Assembly (NCBI GenBank): GCA_963666565.1
Contig: OY762911.1
Coordinates: forward strand, 2,336,001-2,400,000
Source: Thermoanaerobaculia bacterium
GTDB taxonomy: Bacteria; Acidobacteriota; Thermoanaerobaculia; Multivoradales; Multivoraceae
Direction: 5' to 3'
Length of the DNA: 64,000 bases
Shown: positions 9,203 through 17,388 of the stretch, one piece after another
Numbering within the stretch: position 1 is the stretch's first letter
Layout: the number at the start of each line of letters is the position of its first letter
Position numbers and translations under genes: made by a program
The notes under the pieces: generated by a model
The model's database searches: none
What the model was told of the DNA's origin: nothing
The model's input: the letters and a program-made list of their open reading frames with translations, nothing else

Positions 9203-11032
9203 ATGGCGGCGAACAGCACTGCGTCCGGCGGCAGGATTCCGACTTCGGCAGCCGCGTTGACGGTCCTCGCCCTCGGGATGCTCGGCGCGCTACCGGCGGC
9301 CGCCCAGCCCGAAGCCGCGCCGCCGCCTTCCGGTCCCGGCTTCACCGAGACCGTCGACGTCCAGGTCGTCAACATCGACGTCTACGTGACCGGCGCCGAC
9401 GGCAAGCCGGTGCTCGGGCTCGGTCCGGAGGACTTCGAGCTTCGGGTCGACGGCAATCCGGTAGGGATCAGCAACTTCTACGCGGTGGAACTCCGCGACG
9501 ACGAGCTCTTCGTGCGCCGCGGCGGCGGGGTCGAGGCCCAGCCCCTGGCGCCGCCTCCGCCTGCGGACCCGCGCGAGGCGGAACTGTTGCGCCGGGCCCC
9601 TCCCCGGATTCCGGCCGAGCACGCGCTGCACGTGGCCGTCTACATCGACAACTTCAACCTGACGCCGTTCAACCGCAACCGCGTCCTGCGCGAGCTGCGG
9701 GCCTTCATCCGCGAGCACCTGCGGCGCGAGGACCAGGTCATGCTGGCCTCGTCCGACCCCGGGCTCACGCTCCGCATGCCCTTCACGAACGACCGCGAGC
9801 AGTTGAACCGGACCCTGCTGGAGCTCGAGGAGGTCTCGGCGCAGCGGATCCACCGGAACAACGAGCGCCGGGACCTGATCAACAACGTGAACGACGTGAA
9901 CAACGAGGAGTCGATGGAGAACCGGCCCGGCGCCGCGGCGGCGGAGCGGGCCGGCCTGACGGTCGGCGGCGGCGGGAGCTGGGCGCGCAACGAACTGATG
10001 GCCTACGCGGGCTCGGTGCGCAACGACACGAACCTGGCGATCGACGCGCTGACGAGGGTGGTCGAGAACCTCTCCGCGGCGCCCGGCCGCAAGGCCCTGG
10101 TCTACGTCGCGGACGGCCTGCCGATGATCGCCGCCGAGGACATCTTCTACTTCGTCGAGCAGCTCTACGAGCGTTCCGTGTCGCTGATCGAGATGGCGGA
10201 TTACGACCTCTCGCGACGGTTCCAGCAGCTCGCGGCGAGCGCCAACGCGAACCGGACGAGCTTCTACGCGATCGATGCTCGCGGGCTGACCGTCCTCTCC
10301 CAGGGCACGGTCGACGGCCAGGTGGCGGGCGCGCCCGGACAGGCGACGCTGATCGACCAGATACGGATGACGAACCTCCAGGCGCCGCTGCAGCTCCTGG
10401 CCGAGGAGACGGGCGGCCGCGCGGTGATCAACGCGAACCGCGTGATGCCCGATCTGCTCAAGATCGCCGACGACTTCCGGAACTACTACGCCCTGGGCTA
10501 CATGCCCTCGAGCGCGGGCAGCGGCCGCTACCGCCGGATCGAGGTGCGCTGGAAGGACAGGCCGCGCGGCGCCTCGGTGCGCTACCGCCGGGGCTACCGC
10601 GACAAGACGACGGAGTCGCGGATGATCGAGGGCACGCTGTCGGCGCTCAACCTGAACATGCAGGAGAACCCTCTGAGCGTCCGGGTCAACAGCCTGCCGG
10701 CGAAGCGCCGTTCCGACGGCAACTACGACGTGCCGGTGGTCGTCGAGGTCGCCTGGAGCGAGCTGGCCCTGATTCCCCGGGACGGCGTCCACCACGGCCG
10801 CATCGAGCTATGGATCGCGGCGAAGGACGAGGAGGACCGCGCGACGCAGCCGCACCGCACGGAACTCAACATCGCCGTGCCGGAGGACCGCCTGGTGGAG
10901 ACGGAGGGCGGCACCTGGCGGTACGGCCTGGAAGTCACGATGGAGGCTGGCTACCACGACATCGGCATCGGCTTCCGCGACGCCATCGGCGGCCGCCGGT
11001 CCTTCCTGCGCGGCGGCGTCGACGTCCGATAG
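9203..11032 (+). CDS. Acidobacteria-type VWA domain protein, exported
   Basis: FTETVDVQVVNIDVYVT..DGKPVLGL..EDF, GRKALVYVADG, LAEETGG, YYALGY motifs; signal peptide; TAGGCT 7 nt upstream of ATG 9203. Confidence 0.85.
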   Translation: MAANSTASGGRIPTSAAALTVLALGMLGALPAAAQPEAAPPPSGPGFTETVDVQVVNIDVYVTGADGKPVLGLGPEDFELRVDGNPVGISNFYAVELRDDELFVRRGGGVEAQPLAPPPPADPREAELLRRAPPRIPAEHALHVAVYIDNFNLTPFNRNRVLRELRAFIREHLRREDQVMLASSDPGLTLRMPFTNDREQLNRTLLELEEVSAQRIHRNNERRDLINNVNDVNNEESMENRPGAAAAERAGLTVGGGGSWARNELMAYAGSVRNDTNLAIDALTRVVENLSAAPGRKALVYVADGLPMIAAEDIFYFVEQLYERSVSLIEMADYDLSRRFQQLAASANANRTSFYAIDARGLTVLSQGTVDGQVAGAPGQATLIDQIRMTNLQAPLQLLAEETGGRAVINANRVMPDLLKIADDFRNYYALGYMPSSAGSGRYRRIEVRWKDRPRGASVRYRRGYRDKTTESRMIEGTLSALNLNMQENPLSVRVNSLPAKRRSDGNYDVPVVVEVAWSELALIPRDGVHHGRIELWIAAKDEEDRATQPHRTELNIAVPEDRLVETEGGTWRYGLEVTMEAGYHDIGIGFRDAIGGRRSFLRGGVDVR

Positions 11033-11039
11033 GGGGTCT

Positions 11040-11195
11040 GGGTGCGCGGGTCTTCCGACCCGCACTCCCGTCGGAAGAGCCGCGCATCCAGAATGCGGGT
11101 CGGAAGACCCGCGCACCCAGTGGGTCGGAAGACCCGCGCACCCGGTGGGTCGGAAGACCCGCGCACCCGGTGGGTCGGAAGACCCGCGCACCCGG
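11040..11195. repeat. REP cluster: 1 forward core and 4 tandem reverse cores
   Basis: Forward 11040-11063; reverse 11095-11118 followed by three 25-bp units at 11121-11195; lies between convergent VWA genes. Confidence 0.92.
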
Positions 11196-11203
11196 TGGGG
11201 CCG

Positions 11204-13366
11204 TTACAGCACCCGGATCGGCGTCGACGAGGAGTGCTCGCGGTTCGACCGGTCGGTTACGACGACCGACAGGGTGTAGTCGCCCGCGGCGAGCTTCTTG
11301 CCCGCGACGAAGACGCCGGAGAGCTGAGACAGCCCGGAACCGGCCTGGGCGTCCGGAGCGAGGACGACCTCGCCGCCGTCGGCAACCTGTTCGCCGTTCG
11401 GCCGGAACACCTGGGTCCGAACCGACACCGGGCCGGCGCCGAGATCCGAGCCCACGAGACTGATCGGCGTCTCGCCGCCGGCCGTGACCTCGGGCCGCGC
11501 CGCCGGAATGAAGGGCTCGCCGCTGCGAAGGAAGGGGAAGCCGACGTCCTTGCGCTGCTCCGACTCCTCCTCGCGCAGGAGCACCCACTTGCCCGGCTGT
11601 TCCGGGAACAGGGGCGGCTGCAGCGTCGCCGCCTCGCCGGGCACCTCGAGCAGCGACGTGGTCAGCGCGCGGCGCCCCGTCGCGTCGTTGCGGATGAGCA
11701 CCCGCACCGAGTAGGTGCCCGGATCGAGGTCGAAGTGCCCCCAGTACTTCATTCCGCTCTGGCGGAGCGCCGGGCCGGCCTGCACGGAGTCGAGACCCAG
11801 CGCGCGGACGAAGAAGTCGCGCACGATGCCGTGCTCGTCCAGCGCGTAGGCGTAGATCTGGAGCGGCACCGTCCCGCCGTCGATGCCGGCGAGGAGATCC
11901 TCCCCGCGGGCCTCGATCAGCACCGGCGCGTAGGCCTTGCCGCTGGCGGCGGCGAACCCGGCGGCGAGGACGGCCGCGTCGATCTCGCCGGCCTCGACGC
12001 CGCCCATCACCTGTTGGGCCGAGGTCAGCGCCCGCTCGAAGGGGTTCGTCCGGGCGTAGGGCTTGGGCGCGTAGTAGCCCGGCCGGTGGACGATCTGGGT
12101 TCCGCGCGGAGCGTTCTTCAGCCGGACCCGCAGCCTGCGGAACTTGCCGTCGAACGTCAGGTCCGAAGGCTGGAAGGCGAGCAGGTAGGTCACGCTCGTG
12201 CGCTGCAGCATCTCGGACATCGCGTCGCCCAGGTCGGTGAAGTTGGCGAACACCTCGCCGCCGGTGTCTCTGGACATGAGAAAGAGCGAGTCCCGGTTGC
12301 TCTGGCCCTCGGTCAGCACCTCGGCGCTGACGTCGACGGACTGGATCGCGCAGTCCGCCTCGCGGAACCTGGTCAGCATCTCGTTGACCGAGCGCTGGGC
12401 GGACGAACTGCCGTAGATCTCCTCGCTGTTGACGCGCCAGGATTGGCCGTCGGCCGCCGCCTGCTGAATCTCCAGCATCCGGTCCTGCTCCCCGGCGGTG
12501 AGGCTGCGGTTGCCGACCAGGATGGAGCTGTCGAAGCCTTCCGAGAGGAAGACGACATGCTTGCGGCCCTGGACGGTTCCCATCCACGCCGCGAGTTCGC
12601 CCATCCCGGAGGTCAGGGCGGCGATGTCGCTGGCCGCCCGGTCGCGGTCGGCGGTCGCCTGCAGGCCCGCGAGCTCGGCGCGCTGCTGGGCGAGCAGCGC
12701 CTCGGAATCCAGCCCCGCGCGGTCGGCCGTCTCGCCGAGGAGGCCGTCGCCGGTCGGCAGTTCGCCGCCGAGGTCGCCGATGACGAGGCCCAGCGGGTCG
12801 CGGACCGCCTGACCGGTTTCGATCTTGCCCAGGGTCGCGATCGCCTGGCGGAGCTGGCTGCGGTCGGAGGTGAAGCCGAGCACGAGCCGCGGCCGGGTGT
12901 CGTAGAGGGCCACGGCGGCCAGGTCCGTCGGGTGCAGTTCGCGCAGCACGAGGTCGGCGGCGGCCTGCTGGGCGCGGCCCACGGAGTCGGGGGTGGAGAA
13001 CAGGAGGTCGAACAGGAGCAGGAAGTGCCGCCGCGCCGCCACCGGCACCGGCGTCTCCGAGACCTTGCCTTCGACGACCCCGAGGTCGACCATGTCGAAG
13101 CCGGTGATCTCGACCGGCCTGCGGCCGTCGAGGAGCTCGAAGTCGTCGCGGGTGAGGCCGCGCAGCGGGTCGCCGCCGCTGCTGACCTGCACCGGCACCT
13201 CGACGACGGTGACGGTGGTCGCTTCGCTGAACTCCGCTCTCTTCTGCCGGCGGCCGCGCTGGGCGTCGGCGGCGGCCGCGAGCAGCAGGGCGCCGGCGCA
13301 CAGGAGGGCGGCCGTTCGGGCCGCGGCGGGGGCGAATGGACGGTTGCCGGGTCTGGGATTCGTCAT
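11204..13366 (-). CDS. Acidobacteria-type VWA domain protein, exported
   Basis: VVEVPVQV..G.PLRGLTRDDF, GRKHVVFLSEGFD, SRDTGG, YLLAFQP motifs; signal peptide. Confidence 0.85.
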   Translation of the reverse strand: MTNPRPGNRPFAPAAARTAALLCAGALLLAAAADAQRGRRQKRAEFSEATTVTVVEVPVQVSSGGDPLRGLTRDDFELLDGRRPVEITGFDMVDLGVVEGKVSETPVPVAARRHFLLLFDLLFSTPDSVGRAQQAAADLVLRELHPTDLAAVALYDTRPRLVLGFTSDRSQLRQAIATLGKIETGQAVRDPLGLVIGDLGGELPTGDGLLGETADRAGLDSEALLAQQRAELAGLQATADRDRAASDIAALTSGMGELAAWMGTVQGRKHVVFLSEGFDSSILVGNRSLTAGEQDRMLEIQQAAADGQSWRVNSEEIYGSSSAQRSVNEMLTRFREADCAIQSVDVSAEVLTEGQSNRDSLFLMSRDTGGEVFANFTDLGDAMSEMLQRTSVTYLLAFQPSDLTFDGKFRRLRVRLKNAPRGTQIVHRPGYYAPKPYARTNPFERALTSAQQVMGGVEAGEIDAAVLAAGFAAASGKAYAPVLIEARGEDLLAGIDGGTVPLQIYAYALDEHGIVRDFFVRALGLDSVQAGPALRQSGMKYWGHFDLDPGTYSVRVLIRNDATGRRALTTSLLEVPGEAATLQPPLFPEQPGKWVLLREEESEQRKDVGFPFLRSGEPFIPAARPEVTAGGETPISLVGSDLGAGPVSVRTQVFRPNGEQVADGGEVVLAPDAQAGSGLSQLSGVFVAGKKLAAGDYTLSVVVTDRSNREHSSSTPIRVL

Positions 13367-13428
13367 GGGCTGGCTCCCTTGGTCGGGGGATGCGGGTCTG
13401 GCCGCGGCGCCGCCGGGCCGGTCCCCGC

Positions 13429-15606
13429 TCAGTTGAGCACCTTGATGGGGATGGAGTTGGCGGGCCGAAGCCGGGTCGCCGGGTCGGTCACGGCGACGGT
13501 GAGAGTGTAGTCGCCGGCGGGCAGGTCCGCCGGGTCGAAGGCGGCGACGAGCTTGTCGAGGCCGGGGATGCCGGTCACCGTGCGTTCGCGCAGGCGGAGC
13601 GAGCCGCCGTCCACCGGGTCGCCTCGCGCGTCGATCAGGCTCGCCTCCAGGGCCAGGTCGCCGCGGCCCAGGTTGTAGCCGACGAGGCAGATCTCGGCGC
13701 CGGCGCCGTCCGCTCCCGCGCGCACCAGGGCCACCGCGGAGGGCACGTACGGCTCGCCGTTCACCGTGAAGGGGTAGACGGTCGTCTTCGCGTACCGGTC
13801 GGCGGGCTGTTCGCGGACGAGGAACCAGCTTCCCGCTTCCTCGTGGAAGAATGGCGGGAGGAGGAGGGGCTCGCCCGCGTCGAAGGCCGGAACCCGGATC
13901 TCCGCCGTCTCGACCCCGGTGGCGCCGGTGAGGCCGTTGCGGACGAGCACACGGAGCAGATAGCTGCCCGGGCCGAGTTCCAGGTGGCCGTAGTACTTGA
14001 GGCCCGTGTTGCCGAACGCGTCCTCGCGGCCCGACAAGTCGAGAGTGACGACGCGGCTGAAGAAGTCCCGCATCTCGGACTTCTCGTCCGTGACGTAGGC
14101 GTAGATCTCGACCGGCATGCGGGCCGGCTCGTGCCCCGCCAGCAACCCGTCGCCGCCGATCTCGACGATCACCGGCACGTAGGCCAGGTCGTCGGCGGCC
14201 CGGAACGGCGCCGCCAGCAGGTCGATGGCGAGGTCGTCCCGTTCGGCGGCCGCGGCGATCAGGTCGGACGCCAGGAGCCGCTTCTCCATCGGGTGGAGAT
14301 CGTCGAAGGGGCGCGGCGTGTAGTAGCCCATCCGGTGGGAGATCTGGGCGCCCTTCGGGGCCCGCGCCCGCACCCGGAGCCGGCGGTGTTCGCCGGGTTC
14401 GCCGGGGGTCGAAGGTTCGAAGCTGAGCAGGTAGGTGACCGTCGAGGACTCGAGCACCTCGCCCAGCTCGGCGCCGAAGTCGTTCGCGTCCTCGTGCAGG
14501 GCGCCGCCCGTCTCGTTGGCCAGGTAGTGGAGCGCGTCGCGGTGGACGATGCGGGTGCGGTGCTCCTCCGGCAGGTCGGCGCGCAGGCCGGAGATGTCGA
14601 CGGTGTGGATGGCGGCGTTCGCCCGCTGGAACTCGTTCAGCATCCGGTTGACGTGGCCTAGAAGCTGCGTGTTGCCGTAGCGGTTGTCCGTGTCGACGCG
14701 GCCGTATTGCCCGGTGTCGATGGCCTCCTGCTCGCGTTGCATCTCCTGGTCGAAGAAGTCCGGCTGGCGGCCGAACAGGAGCCGGCCGTCGAACCCCTCG
14801 GTGAAGAGGACCACGTGCTTGCGGCCCTGGACGCTGGAGAGGATGCGCGCCATCGCCTGGAGGGATCCGGTCCAGCTCGAGATCTGCCCGCGGGCGTAGC
14901 TCTTCTCGTACTTCGCCATCTCGTTGCCGATCACCTGGAGGTAGGCGTCGAGGTCGCGCTCCATGGCGCGGATGTCCTCGTTCACTCCGCCCACGTCGAG
15001 CGCGCCGGCGATGCTCGCACTGGGCGCGTCGATCATGAAACCGAGCGGGTCCTTGGTCGCCAGGTTGAGCAGGCGCGGATTGCCCAGCGTGGCGATGGCG
15101 CGCGCCAGTTGGGCCCGGTCGGGCGTGAACGTGATGAGCAGTTGCGGCCCCGACTCCACGGTATGGACGGCGACCGCGGCGAGGTCCGTCGGGTGCATGT
15201 GTTCCAGCACGAAGTCCTGCGCGGCGGCCCGCGCCTTGCCGACGGAAGTAGGCGCCGAGAACGAGAGGTCGAACAGGAACAGGAAGTGGCGGCGGGCCGC
15301 GGGCGGGATGCCGTAGTCGGCCTCGACTACGCGCCGCTCGTCGGGAGCGATCAGGTCGAGGTCGATCACCCGGAAGCCGGTGACCTCCTGGACTTCGCCC
15401 TCGTCGAGGATCTGGAAGTCGTCCGGTCCGAGGCCGCGCACGGGCTCGCCGCCGCGGGCGGTGACGTTCACCGGCACCTGGACCTCGAACACGAACGCGC
15501 GGTCGTCGAACTGGTGCAGTTCGTCCGGCCCCTGGGCCGGCCCTGGCGCGGCGCCCAGGAGCAGGCCGGCCAGAGCGACAACTCCGAATCTCCCGTACCG
15601 CAACAT
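13429..15606 (-). CDS. Acidobacteria-type VWA domain protein, paralog of the adjacent gene
   Basis: FDLSFS (DxSxS), GRKHVVLFTEGFD, LANETGG; signal peptide MLRYGRFGVVALAGLLLGAA. The ORF extension to 15720 is REP sequence. Confidence 0.85.
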   Translation of the reverse strand: MLRYGRFGVVALAGLLLGAAPGPAQGPDELHQFDDRAFVFEVQVPVNVTARGGEPVRGLGPDDFQILDEGEVQEVTGFRVIDLDLIAPDERRVVEADYGIPPAARRHFLFLFDLSFSAPTSVGKARAAAQDFVLEHMHPTDLAAVAVHTVESGPQLLITFTPDRAQLARAIATLGNPRLLNLATKDPLGFMIDAPSASIAGALDVGGVNEDIRAMERDLDAYLQVIGNEMAKYEKSYARGQISSWTGSLQAMARILSSVQGRKHVVLFTEGFDGRLLFGRQPDFFDQEMQREQEAIDTGQYGRVDTDNRYGNTQLLGHVNRMLNEFQRANAAIHTVDISGLRADLPEEHRTRIVHRDALHYLANETGGALHEDANDFGAELGEVLESSTVTYLLSFEPSTPGEPGEHRRLRVRARAPKGAQISHRMGYYTPRPFDDLHPMEKRLLASDLIAAAAERDDLAIDLLAAPFRAADDLAYVPVIVEIGGDGLLAGHEPARMPVEIYAYVTDEKSEMRDFFSRVVTLDLSGREDAFGNTGLKYYGHLELGPGSYLLRVLVRNGLTGATGVETAEIRVPAFDAGEPLLLPPFFHEEAGSWFLVREQPADRYAKTTVYPFTVNGEPYVPSAVALVRAGADGAGAEICLVGYNLGRGDLALEASLIDARGDPVDGGSLRLRERTVTGIPGLDKLVAAFDPADLPAGDYTLTVAVTDPATRLRPANSIPIKVLN

Positions 15607-15650
15607 GTCGGCGACTAGGCTACCAGCCGCCCGTCGGTGCGCGGTTCCCT

Positions 15651-15760
15651 CCGCTGGGTGCGCGGGTCTTCCGCTGGGTGCGCGGGTCTTTCTGACCCGC
15701 TTGCCGGCGCAGCCGGCCAAAAGAACGCGCCGGCCGTCAGGCCGGCTCCGCTCCGCTGCC
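15651..15760. repeat. REP with a 20-bp tandem duplication and extended hairpin arm
   Basis: CCGCTGGGTGCGCGGGTCTT x2, then TCTGACCCGC and the GCCGGCCGTCAGGCCGGC arm. Confidence 0.85.
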
Positions 15761-15761
15761 C

Positions 15762-16886
15762 CTACGGCGGCCCGCGTTCGATCAGCGCCGCGTACTTCCG
15801 CGCCTCCTCATGCGTCGCGTCCAGCCGCAGCGCCCTCTCCACATGGTGCTTCGCCTCGGCCATCCGTCCCGCCGCCAGATGGACCCGCGCCAGCCCGACG
15901 TGGACCTCCGGGATCTCGGAGTCCGCCCGCAGCGCCCGGCGCATGTAGTCGAGCGCCAGTTCGCCGTCCCCGGCCGCGAGCGCCGCGTCGCCCCGGTACA
16001 CGTAGAAGAACGGACTGGCCTGGTTCATCTCCTCGAGCGTGTCCAGGACCCCTCCGGCCAGGTCGTCGTGGCCCTGGAGCTGGTAGGCGCGGACCAGGTT
16101 CGTCAGCAGCGGCACGCTGTCCGGGTGGAGTTCGACGCCCTCCTCGAGCCGGCGCGCGGCGTCGTCGAGGCGGCCGCGCCGGAGCAGGACGATGCCGTAG
16201 TTGTTGATCGCCTTGTCGAAGTCCGGCGTGAGCCGGACAGCGATGTCCAGCCAGCGCTCGGCCTCGTCGAGCTCGTTCGCCATCAGCGCCTCGGCGCCGA
16301 GGTTGTTGTAGTAGTGCCCGGCGGCGGCGAGGTCGGTGATCGGCCGGAAGTCGCGGTACGACTTGGGCCGGTAGGGGAGGAAGTCGTACGTCGCCATCTC
16401 GCCGTCGACGTACATGCCGGCGACGATGTGGCCGCGGCTGACCACGACGCCGTCCTGGTAGTTCCAGCGCTGGTAGTCCTCCACCTCGACGAAGAAGGGG
16501 TTCAGCCGCCGCTCCCGCCCGACCGCCACGAACAGGTTGACGAACGACAGGCAGTTGCCGCGGGAATCGGCGAAGGTCTCGGCCGCCGTCCGGGTCGGCG
16601 TCAGTTCGTACTCCAGCCCGACCCGGCCGAAGATGAAGTCGAGCACCGCGTCGCGTCGCCGGGTCTCGCTGCCGGCGGGGCTGACGCGCTCGTCCACGGC
16701 CTCGCGCAGCTCTTCGTCCATCGCGAAGGGAACGACGACTCCTTCTTCCCAGCCGATTCCCAGGCGGCGCTCGAACTCGGGCGCCAGGGCCTGCTCGCCG
16801 TCGAACGGAACGTAGCCGGCGCAGCCGGCGGCGAGGGCCAGGAGGGGCGCCAGCGCGACGCGGGCCTTGCTGCGGGTGGACAACAT
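15762..16886 (-). CDS. Lipoprotein with transglutaminase-like domain and TPRs
   Basis: Lipobox LAAGC; GNCLSF (Cys), GHIV (His), YDF (Asp); TPR helices (YYNNLGA, INNYGIVL). Confidence 0.75.
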   Translation of the reverse strand: MLSTRSKARVALAPLLALAAGCAGYVPFDGEQALAPEFERRLGIGWEEGVVVPFAMDEELREAVDERVSPAGSETRRRDAVLDFIFGRVGLEYELTPTRTAAETFADSRGNCLSFVNLFVAVGRERRLNPFFVEVEDYQRWNYQDGVVVSRGHIVAGMYVDGEMATYDFLPYRPKSYRDFRPITDLAAAGHYYNNLGAEALMANELDEAERWLDIAVRLTPDFDKAINNYGIVLLRRGRLDDAARRLEEGVELHPDSVPLLTNLVRAYQLQGHDDLAGGVLDTLEEMNQASPFFYVYRGDAALAAGDGELALDYMRRALRADSEIPEVHVGLARVHLAAGRMAEAKHHVERALRLDATHEEARKYAALIERGPP

Positions 16887-17251
16887 GGTGCAACTACTGT
16901 ACGATGCGCGCACTCGACAGGTTCGATCCGCTGGCCGCGTCGGTCGCGGCGGAGCAGGGCTGACGGTCTTTGTCCGTCCTGTTGCCGTTGTTGGCTCGGG
17001 GTCGCGGCTTCGTGGCGGAACGATACCGGCCGATCGCCCTCGCGTGGCGGCCCGGATTCGCGCCGCCGAGGCCCGGCGAGCCGGTCAGGATGGTCGAGTC
17101 GGTTCAAGATAATGAACATGGAGCAGCTTCTTGGATTGCCCGCAGTCCCGGTGCGCGCCAATTTGGCGTCGCGCCGAGTCGGTCCTGCCGGAGAATCCCG
17201 CCGTGGCGCGGATTTTCGCGCGGCGCGTCAGGCGCCCGCACTCCGGCCGAT

Positions 17252-17267
17252 CTGGCACACGCCTTGC
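17252..17267 (+). promoter_or_regulatory. sigma54 (-24/-12) promoter
   Basis: CTGGCACACGCCTTGC matches TGGCAC-N5-TTGC with exact GG-N10-GC spacing, about 120 nt upstream of the receptor gene. Confidence 0.75.
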
Positions 17268-17388
17268 GGGTACGTCCACACAGTCGGTGAGCCTTCGCGG
17301 CTCTTCCCAAACGGCGGGGGGTTCCCTCGCGTCGCGTGAGCGGCGCCGACCCACCCGTGAAACACACATCGGAGGGAGAATCGATCGT

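Noticed and set aside
11095-11195. CRISPR array
   Set aside because: The repeats abut with no unique spacers, no cas genes are present, and the same unit is dispersed as REPs.
16890-17388. Riboswitch (cobalamin or TPP) before the TonB-dependent receptor
   Set aside because: No recognisable conserved riboswitch boxes; the sigma54 promoter and palindromes explain the region.
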